Shown here: piece after piece, positions 1-8,937 of the stretch
Layout of the letters: every line of letters starts with the position of its first letter
Position numbering within the stretch: position 1 is the first letter of the stretch
From: an uncultured Clostridia bacterium
GTDB lineage: Bacteria; Bacillota; Clostridia; Christensenellales; UBA1242
Direction: 5' to 3'
DNA: 64,000 nt
Assembly (NCBI GenBank): GCA_944351415.1
Contig: CALVPQ010000004.1
Span: forward strand, 86-64,085
Translations under genes and position numbers: made by a program
The notes under the pieces: generated by a model
The model's database searches: none
Seen by the model: the letters and a program-made list of their open reading frames with translations, nothing else
What the model was told of the DNA's origin: nothing

Positions 1-234
1 GTTGCACTTTTATTTTAAGAACATTAATAGTATATGCCTTTTTTATTTATTTGTCAATACTTTTTTATATTTATTTTGTAATTTTTTGTCATTTATATTT
101 TTTTCGTTTATATCTATAATAACAAAAACTTTAAATAAAATAGTGTAGAAGTTATTTAAAATTCTTCGTAATAAAAAAACTCCTATTATTTAATTGGAAC
201 TTATCAAACAATTAGGAGTTATTTAATATTTAAT

Positions 235-903
235 TTAACTGAATAAGTATATTGATATTACAAGCATTATTAAAGCAATATTTCTAAGTGTTGAACTTGT
301 GATTGAATTTGCCTTTCCCTCTTTTAAAAAATGAGCTAAAAATTCGCTTAAAAGCATTAGAGCCATCGACACAACCGCGATAATTGCACTGATTAAATGT
401 CTGGTTGTAAAAATGCTATTTATACCAAAACCTACACCCAAACCAAGTGCAATAAATATAAAGACTGTTGAAAGAAAATTAGACGCATTTTTATATTTTT
501 TTATAGCCCATATCATAAGCCCTAGCCCAACACCTAAAAGCAAGCCACCAACTAGTGCAAGCCAATTAAATTCAGCAAGTGACATAATGCCAAGAGCAAC
601 TGATAAATATATCAAAGCCTTACTTATTCCACTAAGCATAGTTTTTGCTTGAAGGTTTGAAATTTTGCTTGTTTGCAAACCTTCATAAAACATAAAGATT
701 GCCAGTGCTATTGTTATAAAAAGTGAAAAAGCATTTATAATTGATGTTAAGTTTATTGTTATCACCGCATAAATGAGCAAAAATAAGCCTGTGAGCGACC
801 TTACAATAAAACCTTGCCACTCACCCATATCTTGAAAAATCGCGTATAAAACGCACATTGCTAGGGTTACAACACCTATTAAAATAATTGGAAGCATTGT
901 CAT
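235..903 (-). CDS. polytopic membrane protein of unknown function (YhhN-like topology, tentative)
   Basis: 222-aa ORF with ATG start. Hydrophobic helices span the whole length. The overlapping + strand ORF 413..652 is shorter and looks like antisense noise. Confidence 0.6.
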   Translation of the reverse strand: MTMLPIILIGVVTLAMCVLYAIFQDMGEWQGFIVRSLTGLFLLIYAVITINLTSIINAFSLFITIALAIFMFYEGLQTSKISNLQAKTMLSGISKALIYLSVALGIMSLAEFNWLALVGGLLLGVGLGLMIWAIKKYKNASNFLSTVFIFIALGLGVGFGINSIFTTRHLISAIIAVVSMALMLLSEFLAHFLKEGKANSITSSTLRNIALIMLVISIYLFS

Positions 904-979
904 AACTATATTTTACCCTAAAAGTTTAATAAAACAAAACATTTTAAATAAATTTTTGAAAAATACACAAAATAATTTT

Positions 980-1537
980 ATGAAAATAGTAAAAGATATA
1001 TTTTTATATTTAAGTGCCTTTGTTCCTATGTATTTTTTGATATTAACAAGACTTATAATTGATATTATAAATGATAACCTTACTTTTAATGTGCTTAACT
1101 CACTTAATATTATTTTGTTAATCACACTGATAACTCTTGGCTCGGCTGGGCTTATTATAAATGTTTTTCATAGCAAAGACATAACAAAAGAGATAATTAT
1201 TCTTAAAAAACAAAATATAACTGATAGGCACTTTCTTGGCTATTTTTCTCTGTTTGTGCTTTTTGCCCTTCAGCTTGATGTTTCTTACGTTTGCGATTTT
1301 GTGCTGTTTGTTATAATCCTTATCTTTATTGGTATTGTGTATATACATAACTCCCTTTTCTACATAAATCCGCTGTTAAATATCTTGGGCTATAACTTTT
1401 ATAATATCGAATATCTTGAGGTTAAAAGCCAAAGACAGGAAGAAGGTAAAATTTTTTATAAAGGAGAGTTGAAGGTAAACCAGAATTATTTTGTTAAATT
1501 CAAAAATGGCAACTTTGCTTTTATTGATAGAAAATAA
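980..1537 (+). CDS. membrane protein of unknown function (about 4 TM helices plus small soluble C-terminal domain)
   Basis: ORF 956..1537. First ATG is at 980; TTG at 956 is also possible, and neither has a clear SD. Ends 60 nt before the next + strand gene. Confidence 0.55.
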   Translation: MKIVKDIFLYLSAFVPMYFLILTRLIIDIINDNLTFNVLNSLNIILLITLITLGSAGLIINVFHSKDITKEIIILKKQNITDRHFLGYFSLFVLFALQLDVSYVCDFVLFVIILIFIGIVYIHNSLFYINPLLNILGYNFYNIEYLEVKSQRQEEGKIFYKGELKVNQNYFVKFKNGNFAFIDRK

Positions 1538-1597
1538 TATAAACTCTTATTGCATAAAACTAAATTTTATGATACAATCATATCTAGGAGATTTATC

Positions 1598-2260
1598 ATG
1601 AGTAAATATTTAAAAAAATTTGACTTTTATAATATTGACAAACTTTTACAAGATAGCAAAATGCTTGCTTACTTAAAACAATTTAAAACTATTCAACAAA
1701 AATACGACCATACTTGTGGTCCTTGTTGTGCATTAATGGTTCTTCATTACTTTAAAGATAAACGCTTTGCCCTGACTGATGAAATTAAAATTGCAGATAT
1801 TATGGGAACTAAACCCTTTCCAATAGGAACTGACCTGCCGAATATTGTTAATTTCTTTAAAAATAATATAAATGAAGAAAAAATCTATAAAGTTATATCT
1901 TCTATTGAATATCCAAAAGATAAAGATGGTCTTTGTTTCTCTAGTTTTGATGATTTTAAGACTTTTGTTATCTCTAAACTAAAAAATAATACTCCAATAA
2001 TTGTTGAAAATGTTGATTATGGTGGGCATTATAAGGTTATCATCGGTTATGATTGTGTTAATGATAATTCTGAAGAAGATATGCTTATATTTGCTGACCC
2101 TTCTGATTTTAATGATGGTGATAGAGATGGCTATACAGTCTTCCCTGCTGAAAGATTTTTCTATATGTGGTTTGACGACCATTGCCTTAGTCCACAATAT
2201 CGCAAACAACCTTTCGTTGCTATTGAAAAAATAGAAAAAGATGAAGAAATTGAAAATTAA
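1598..2260 (+). CDS. papain-like cysteine peptidase, C39-like fold
   Basis: Cys context DHTCGPCCALMVLHYF and downstream GGHYKVIIGYD (His) resemble C39-like/BtrH-like peptidase domains. Start moved from 1550 to ATG 1598, which has AGGAG 7 nt upstream. Confidence 0.6.
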   Translation: MSKYLKKFDFYNIDKLLQDSKMLAYLKQFKTIQQKYDHTCGPCCALMVLHYFKDKRFALTDEIKIADIMGTKPFPIGTDLPNIVNFFKNNINEEKIYKVISSIEYPKDKDGLCFSSFDDFKTFVISKLKNNTPIIVENVDYGGHYKVIIGYDCVNDNSEEDMLIFADPSDFNDGDRDGYTVFPAERFFYMWFDDHCLSPQYRKQPFVAIEKIEKDEEIEN

Positions 2261-2261
2261 T

Positions 2262-2324
2262 AAAAAAGAGTTTACTAAAATCTTGAAAGTTTAGTTCCAC
2301 AGGTTTTAAGTTAAACTCTTTTTT
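2262..2324. terminator. bidirectional terminator between convergent genes
   Basis: AAAAAAGAGTTTA (2262-2274) pairs perfectly with TAAACTCTTTTTT (2312-2324). The A/T runs give a U-tract on both strands. The interior 37 nt is only weakly structured. Confidence 0.6.
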
Positions 2325-2340
2325 ATTAATTTTCACTGTT

Positions 2341-2955
2341 TTATTTTGAATTATCGGTATCGTTATTTTGAATTTTTCCTTTTTTTACTTTACTTAATAT
2401 TTTATTGACAACCTTATCATTAAACACTATATATTTATCCCAGAAAAATTCTGTTATAAAGTTTATCACCATCATTATAGCCTCTACTAAAAGTCCATTC
2501 CACCCTATAGCTTCAAGTGCATTACCGCCAAATACAGAAGCTGGAATATATGCCGCATAGTAGATTATAACAAGAATCATCGCTAGTGGCACATTGCTTG
2601 CTGATTTGAAGGTAAATTTGCGATTAAATGTGAAATTCCATATAACTGAAAGAGTGACTGATATAAGATGAGATGGCCACCATTCTAGCCAACCCGTCCA
2701 TTCATATAGCACTGAAAAAGATAAAAATTGAATTACACCTGCAGATATAGAAAAAGCAAGGAACTTTAAAAACTGAATAAATTGTTGTTTCTTGCTAAGT
2801 TCGCCTTCTTGCAAAGGAGTTGAAGAAGTTTCTTCAGACGAAATATCGCCTTCAATCGATGTTTCGCCTTTATTTATATTTTCATTGTTGTTTTCTTTGT
2901 AAGAACTATCTTCTTTAAATTGTTCTTGCTTTATTTTCTTATTATTTTCTTTCAT
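2341..2955 (-). CDS. GtrA-like family membrane protein with acidic low-complexity N-terminus
   Basis: 204 aa. The C-terminal 140 aa has four TM helices with a GtrA-like pattern (FLKFLAFSISAGVIQFLSFSVLYEW ... WNFTFNRKFTF). AAGGGA lies 6 nt upstream of the ATG. Confidence 0.7.
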   Translation of the reverse strand: MKENNKKIKQEQFKEDSSYKENNNENINKGETSIEGDISSEETSSTPLQEGELSKKQQFIQFLKFLAFSISAGVIQFLSFSVLYEWTGWLEWWPSHLISVTLSVIWNFTFNRKFTFKSASNVPLAMILVIIYYAAYIPASVFGGNALEAIGWNGLLVEAIMMVINFITEFFWDKYIVFNDKVVNKILSKVKKGKIQNNDTDNSK

Positions 2956-3270
2956 AACTATCCCTTAAATATACGTATTATTTATCCTATTACCTAGTAA
3001 AATTTTATAAATTTGTGCTTTTATAACTCATATAAAAAACTTAAATTAATGCTAAGCTCTGTTAAATTTAGTCTTATTAAACTTAACTAACGACAATAAT
3101 ATAACACATTTTTTGTTTTTTGACAACCATTCACAATATTTGCATTTTATTTTTTTAAAGACTATAGCTAATTTGGTAAATTGCTTGCTTTTTTCCTTAT
3201 ATTTATATATAATATATTATATATAATATATATAGAGTGAAAATGCTCTTTTTTAATTTAAGGAGATATT

Positions 3271-5400
3271 ATGGAACTTGAAAAAAATATAGATGAGCAA
3301 AAAACTAGCGAAACTGAAACTTCAGAAAATAAAAATGCAAGTGAAAATGAAAACTTAGGCGCAAATAGTTCTAGCGAAAACATAGAAAAAGTTGCAAATC
3401 AAGAAGATACCGAAAAGGAAAGCAAAGAAATCGGTCATTCTGATAAAAATGAAGATACTGATAAAGAAAGTAAGGAAATCGGTCATTCTGATAAGTATGA
3501 TGCTGGTGACATTCAAGTTCTTGAAGGGCTTGAGCCTGTTAGAAAACGTCCTGGTATGTATATCGGCTCAACAGACGAACATGGTCTTCATCATCTTGTG
3601 ACTGAAGTTGTTGATAACTCTATTGATGAAGCCCTTGCTGGATATTGCACTCAAATTGATGTTATTATCAATTTCGATGGTTCTTGTTCTGTTATTGATA
3701 ATGGTCGTGGTATTCCTACAGGTATTATTCCTAAGGAAGGCAAAAGTGCTGTGGAAGTTGTGCTTACAAAACTTCATGCTGGTGGTAAATTCGGTGGAGA
3801 GGGCTATAAAATCTCTGGTGGATTGCATGGCGTGGGTGTGTCTTGTGTGAATGCCCTTTCAAAATATATGAGAGCTGATGTCTATCAAAATGGACAACAC
3901 TATAAAATTGAATTCTCTAAAGGAAAGGTTATCTCTCCTCTTGAAGTTGTTGGAGCAACTGAAAGACGTGGGACAACCATAACTTTCCTTCCTGATGATG
4001 AAATCTTTGAAACAACAGTTTTCAACTTTGACACTATGAAAAACCGTTTCCGTGAAATCGCTTTCTTAAATAAAGGACTTGTGATTTCTCTTGAAGATAA
4101 ACGTGAGGGACAAGAAAGAAAAGAAACCTTTGAGTTTAAAGGCGGAATTATTGAATTTGTTGACTATATGAATAAAAATAGAGATACTCTTCTTTCAGCA
4201 CCTGTATACTTCAATAAATTCAACAGAAATTCAAAAGGCGAACTTGAAAATGAAATTGAGGTTTGTTTTCAATATAATGATGGATATAGTGAAGTCATAA
4301 ATGCTTATGCAAACAACATTAACACCGAAGAAGGCGGAACTCATCTTGATGGTTTTAAATCTGGTCTTACCAAGGTTATAAATGACTATGCTCTTGCAAA
4401 TAAAATTATCAAAGAAAATGAAAAACTTTCTGGTGATGATTGCCGAGAAGGTATCACTGCTGTTATTAGTGTTAAACTTAGAAATCCACAATTTGAAGGT
4501 CAAACTAAGACTAAGCTTGGCAACAGTGAAATGAGAAATATTGTTTATAAAGCTATGGTTGAAGAATTTGGTGACTATCTTGAAAATCACCCTGCCGAAG
4601 CCAAAAACCTTATTATGAAATCTATCACTGCTCAACGTGCAAGAGATGCTGCAAGAAATGCAAGAGAGTTGACAAGACGCAAAAGTGTGCTTGAAAGCAC
4701 TACCCTTCCTGGTAAACTTGCCGATTGTAGCGAGAAAAATCGTAAATTCTGTGAAATTTATATTGTTGAGGGAGATTCAGCCGGTGGAACTGCTAAGACT
4801 GGTAGAGATAGGCGTTTCCAAGCTATTTTACCACTTAGAGGTAAGATTTTAAATGTAGAGAAGGCTAGGCTTAATAAAATTTTAGAAAATAATGAAATTA
4901 AATCTATGATAACCGCTTTTGGTTGTGGTATTGGAAGTGAATTTAATGAAGATAAACTTCGTTATGACAAGATTATTTGTATGACTGATGCCGATGTTGA
5001 TGGTGCACACATAAGAATACTTCTTCTTACCTTCTTCTTCCGATATATGCGACCTCTTATTGAACATGGCCACGTGTATGCAGCAAAACCACCTCTTTAT
5101 AAAGTGACAAAAGGCAAGGAAGAACTTTATTTCTATTCTGATGAAGAACTTAATGCTTGGAAAGCAAATGGAAATGACCGTGGATACCCACAACAACGTT
5201 ATAAAGGTTTGGGAGAAATGGACGCTGACCAACTTTGGGAAACTACTATGGACCCTGAACACCGCATTCTTATACAGCTGACTATGGAAGATGCTATCGA
5301 AGCTGAAAAATATTTTAACGACCTTATGGGTGAAGATAGCGAGTTAAGACGTAAATTTATTGAAGAAAATGCTACCCTTGTTGATGACCTTGATATTTAA
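3271..5400 (+). CDS. gyrB: DNA gyrase subunit B
   Basis: [18 protein letters not shown], Toprim [44 protein letters not shown]. Carries an unusual ~75-aa acidic N-terminal extension. Confidence 0.97.
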   Translation: MELEKNIDEQKTSETETSENKNASENENLGANSSSENIEKVANQEDTEKESKEIGHSDKNEDTDKESKEIGHSDKYDAGDIQVLEGLEPVRKRPGMYIGSTDEHGLHHLVTEVVDNSIDEALAGYCTQIDVIINFDGSCSVIDNGRGIPTGIIPKEGKSAVEVVLTKLHAGGKFGGEGYKISGGLHGVGVSCVNALSKYMRADVYQNGQHYKIEFSKGKVISPLEVVGATERRGTTITFLPDDEIFETTVFNFDTMKNRFREIAFLNKGLVISLEDKREGQERKETFEFKGGIIEFVDYMNKNRDTLLSAPVYFNKFNRNSKGELENEIEVCFQYNDGYSEVINAYANNINTEEGGTHLDGFKSGLTKVINDYALANKIIKENEKLSGDDCREGITAVISVKLRNPQFEGQTKTKLGNSEMRNIVYKAMVEEFGDYLENHPAEAKNLIMKSITAQRARDAARNARELTRRKSVLESTTLPGKLADCSEKNRKFCEIYIVEGDSAGGTAKTGRDRRFQAILPLRGKILNVEKARLNKILENNEIKSMITAFGCGIGSEFNEDKLRYDKIICMTDADVDGAHIRILLLTFFFRYMRPLIEHGHVYAAKPPLYKVTKGKEELYFYSDEELNAWKANGNDRGYPQQRYKGLGEMDADQLWETTMDPEHRILIQLTMEDAIEAEKYFNDLMGEDSELRRKFIEENATLVDDLDI
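3403..3498 (+). repeat. in-frame 48-bp tandem duplication inside the gyrB 5' extension
   Basis: 3403-3450 and 3451-3498 encode [16 protein letters not shown] / [16 protein letters not shown] and differ at only a few nucleotides. Confidence 0.9.
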
Positions 5401-5420
5401 AAACATAAAAGGAGATGGTT

Positions 5421-5729
5421 ATGAAAGAAGAAGAGTATTACAAGATACTTTTAGATACCTTTGGACAAGAGATACAATTTCAATGCGCAATTGAAGAAAT
5501 GGGCGAATTATTGCAAGCTATATGCAAGTATAAACGTAAACTTGCAACAGGCGACAAACAAAAAATAGAAAAAGCTTTAGAAAATTTGCAAGAAGAAATT
5601 GCTGACGTAGCTATAAATATTGGTCAACTTTCATATATGTTTGGACAAGATAAAATTAATGAAATAAAACAATATAAACTAGATAGAGCTTTAAAAAGAG
5701 CTGAAAAGAAAAATATGGAAGAAAATTAA
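5421..5729 (+). CDS. small MazG-like nucleotide pyrophosphohydrolase domain protein
   Basis: 102 aa all-helical protein with EEMGELLQAI ... LQEEIADV (EExxE/ExxD-type MazG motifs). AAGGAG 5409-5414 is best spaced for ATG 5421; ATG 5415 is also in frame. Confidence 0.65.
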   Translation: MKEEEYYKILLDTFGQEIQFQCAIEEMGELLQAICKYKRKLATGDKQKIEKALENLQEEIADVAINIGQLSYMFGQDKINEIKQYKLDRALKRAEKKNMEEN

Positions 5730-6028
5730 AAAAATAAAAAAATTTATATTTTATAGATAATTTTTTAAAAAAATTATAAGCAAAATTATAAATAATAATT
5801 ATTTATTTTAATTATATAAAAAATATAAATTCTAATTATAAAATTATTTAAAAATCAATTATTTTAATAATTAAAAAATATTTTTATTAATAAAAAATCA
5901 TTAAAATAATTCATTTATAATTAATTTTTTATTATTTAATCTGACTTTAAATTAAATAAAAATAAATTTAATAATTTAAAATAAATTAAAAATAAATAAA
6001 ACTTAAATAAAATATAGGAGCAAAAAAA

Positions 6029-8644
6029 ATGGAGCATGAAAGCAGAAAGTCTTTGGAAGAAATTTTTCAAGACACAAAAGTTGAAAAAGTCGATACTGTA
6101 GACAACCTTAAAAAATCCTTTATTTCTTATGCTATGGCGGTTAATGTGTCTCGTGCTATTCCTGATGTGCGTGATGGACTTAAACCTGTGCATAGACGTA
6201 TTCTTTATGCCATGGGTGAGATGAATAACTTCTATGATAAGCCTACAAAAAAATGTGCTAGAATTGTCGGCGATGTTATGGGTAAATATCACCCACACGG
6301 TGATAGCTCAGTTTACGATGCTATGGTTCGTCTTGCACAAGATTTCTCTATAAGATACCCTCTTGTTGATGGGCAAGGTAACTTTGGCTCAGTTGATGGA
6401 GACCCACCTGCTGCTATGCGTTATACAGAAGCAAGACTTTCAAAAATTGCTGGGCTTATGCTTGAAGATATTGATAAAAATACAGTTGATTTTTATCCTA
6501 ACTTTGATAATACACTTATGCAACCTTCTGTGCTTCCATCAAAAATTCCTAATTTGCTTATAAATGGGTCTGATGGTATTGCAGTTGGTATGGCAACGAA
6601 CATTCCACCTCATAATCTTACCGAAGTTTTAAATGGTCTGCAAGCACTTATTGATAACCCTGACATTGATATTGATGAACTTATTAAAATTATCCCTGCT
6701 CCTGACTACCCTACAGGTGGAATCATTATGGGACGGGCTGCTGTTAAACATGCTTATAAAACTGGCCGTGGCGGAATTGTTGTTCGTGGCAGAGCTGAAA
6801 TTGAAGAAATGAATAATGGCAGAAGCCGAATTATTATTACAGAACTTCCATATCAGGTTAACAAAGCTCAGCTTATTATTCAGATGGCAGACTTAGTTAA
6901 AAATAAAAAACTTGATGGTATAAGTGATATTAAAGAAGAATCTGACCGCAAAGGTATGAGAATCGTTGTTGATATTAAAAAGGATTTTAATGCTCAGGTT
7001 GTGCTTAATTCTCTTTATAAACAAACTCAACTTCAAAAAAGTAGCGGTATAATCTTCCTTGCTCTTGTTAATGGCACTCCACGTATTTTAAACCTTAAAG
7101 AAATGCTTTACTACTATCTTGAACATCAAAAAGAAGTTTTAACTAGAAAAACTCAATATGAACTTGAAAAAGCAAAGGAACGTGAACACATTGTTAAAGG
7201 TCTTGTTATTGCACTTGCAAATATCGATGAAGTGATTGCAATCATTAAATCTTCTGATGATAAACAAGATGCATCTATAAAACTTACACAAAATTTTGAA
7301 CTTGACGAAATTCAGGCAAATGCTATACTTGAAATGAAACTTTCAAGACTTACCTCTCTTGAAGTTGAAAAATTAAATGAAGAGCTTCGCCAATTAGATG
7401 CACTTATTATTGACCTTGAAGATATACTTGCAACCCCTGCTCGTATTCTTAAAATTTTAAGAGATAATTTTGAAGAAATTAAAAATAAGTATGGTGACGA
7501 AAGAAAAACTGAAATCAGTCTTGATGCTGGTGGCATTGATATTGCAGACCTTATCGAAAAAGAAGATGTTGTTGTTTCTATGACTCATCAAGGCTATATC
7601 AAAAGAATGTCCACAAGCGAATATAAGTCTCAAAATCGTGGCGGTGTGGGCGTGACTGCGCATAAAACCAAAGAAGAAGATTATGTTGAAAATATGTTTA
7701 TCACAAATACTCATGATGACCTTCTTTTCTTTACAAATCTTGGACGTGTTTATTGCATTAAGGCTTATGAAGTGCCTGAAGCCCAAAAAACAGCAAAAGG
7801 TAGAGCTATAATCAACTTGCTTATGCTGAGTGAAGGTGAAAAAGTCACAACTATTATCCCTCGAAAAGATGGGGCTGAAGGCAATCTAATCATGGCGACA
7901 AAATTTGGTCTTATCAAGAAAACTAGACTTGAAGAATTTTCATCTATACGTAAGGTTGGGAAGAAAGCTATTCACCTGCTTGATAAAGACGAACTTATTG
8001 GTGTTGAAGTTTCTTCTGGACAAGATGACATCTTGATTGCTTCTCATGATGGAAAGGCTATACGTTTCAGCGAAACTGATGTGCGTAATATGGGAAGAAA
8101 TAGCCAAGGTGTGAGAAGTTTAAAACTTAGCGAAAATGACTATATTGTTGACATGGCAATTGTTAAACCTAATTCTCAAATTATAACTATTTCTGAAAAT
8201 GGTTATGGAAAACGAAGTGACGTTGAAGAATATAGGCTTCAAAGTCGTGGCGGTAAAGGTGTTAAAGCTGGTGTATTCAATCAAAAAACAGGCAAACTTG
8301 TGGCTTTAAAACAATCAATCCTTGATGATGATATTATGCTTATTGCTGATAATGGTGTGATTATAAGAACACCTGTTGAACAAATAAGTTCTCTTTCAAG
8401 AGTTAGTCAAGGCGTAAGAGTTATGAAGCTTAGAGAAGGAAGTAAAATTGTTGGCGTTGCACTTGCAAAAAAAGAGGATGAAAATAAAGACTTAGATGAA
8501 AATATTCAAAAACAAGAAATATCTGAAAGTGGAAATGTCGAAAATGAAAATAACTTGACAAATGATGAAAAAAATGATATTCTAAAGCATCAAAACAACA
8601 TTTCGCAAACTGAAGATAATTTTGATGATGAGCCTATCAAGTAA
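6029..8644 (+). CDS. gyrA: DNA gyrase subunit A
   Basis: [48 protein letters not shown], active-site [11 protein letters not shown]-terminal beta-pinwheel repeats and an acidic tail. Confidence 0.97.
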   Translation: MEHESRKSLEEIFQDTKVEKVDTVDNLKKSFISYAMAVNVSRAIPDVRDGLKPVHRRILYAMGEMNNFYDKPTKKCARIVGDVMGKYHPHGDSSVYDAMVRLAQDFSIRYPLVDGQGNFGSVDGDPPAAMRYTEARLSKIAGLMLEDIDKNTVDFYPNFDNTLMQPSVLPSKIPNLLINGSDGIAVGMATNIPPHNLTEVLNGLQALIDNPDIDIDELIKIIPAPDYPTGGIIMGRAAVKHAYKTGRGGIVVRGRAEIEEMNNGRSRIIITELPYQVNKAQLIIQMADLVKNKKLDGISDIKEESDRKGMRIVVDIKKDFNAQVVLNSLYKQTQLQKSSGIIFLALVNGTPRILNLKEMLYYYLEHQKEVLTRKTQYELEKAKEREHIVKGLVIALANIDEVIAIIKSSDDKQDASIKLTQNFELDEIQANAILEMKLSRLTSLEVEKLNEELRQLDALIIDLEDILATPARILKILRDNFEEIKNKYGDERKTEISLDAGGIDIADLIEKEDVVVSMTHQGYIKRMSTSEYKSQNRGGVGVTAHKTKEEDYVENMFITNTHDDLLFFTNLGRVYCIKAYEVPEAQKTAKGRAIINLLMLSEGEKVTTIIPRKDGAEGNLIMATKFGLIKKTRLEEFSSIRKVGKKAIHLLDKDELIGVEVSSGQDDILIASHDGKAIRFSETDVRNMGRNSQGVRSLKLSENDYIVDMAIVKPNSQIITISENGYGKRSDVEEYRLQSRGGKGVKAGVFNQKTGKLVALKQSILDDDIMLIADNGVIIRTPVEQISSLSRVSQGVRVMKLREGSKIVGVALAKKEDENKDLDENIQKQEISESGNVENENNLTNDEKNDILKHQNNISQTEDNFDDEPIK

Positions 8645-8701
8645 AATTTGAATACTACCCTATTATCTAATATGATTATTCAAGATTATAAACTGTTTGG
8701 G

Positions 8702-8796
8702 GAGCTGTGAAGCTAATTTTTAAAATAAATTTTAAAAATTATCAAAACAACTTGTTGTTTTGAAAGAAGCCGAGAGGCTTCTTAGCTTCACAGCTC
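8702..8796 (+). ncRNA. four-way-junction hairpin module (closing stem + 3 hairpins + T6); candidate structured RNA or branched terminator
   Basis: 14-bp closing stem GAGCTGTGAAGCTA/TAGCTTCACAGCTC. Inner hairpins at 8716-8739, 8742-8763 and 8764-8783 are all perfectly paired. TTTTTT follows. Confidence 0.5.
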
Positions 8797-8937
8797 TTTT
8801 TTATGGATTCAAATGACAAATCATTTTTACTATTTAAAGTTTTCATTAAAAAGCCAAACAAAAACAGTTCTTTATAGATAATTTCGTCAAAATCTACAAA
8901 TTCTAAATAAAATATTGTGAAGTAAGGGGGAAAAATT

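Noticed and set aside
2262-2324. Possible fifth member of the four-way-junction family
   Set aside because: It has a 13-bp closing stem, but the 37-nt interior forms only one weak 5-bp hairpin and does not tile into three hairpins. It is treated as an ordinary bidirectional terminator.
2956-3270. Replication origin in the gyrB upstream region, where gene orientation switches from - to +
   Set aside because: No TTATCCACA-type DnaA boxes are visible there; the best match, TTATCCTAT, has two mismatches. The only box cluster is at 11059-11398.
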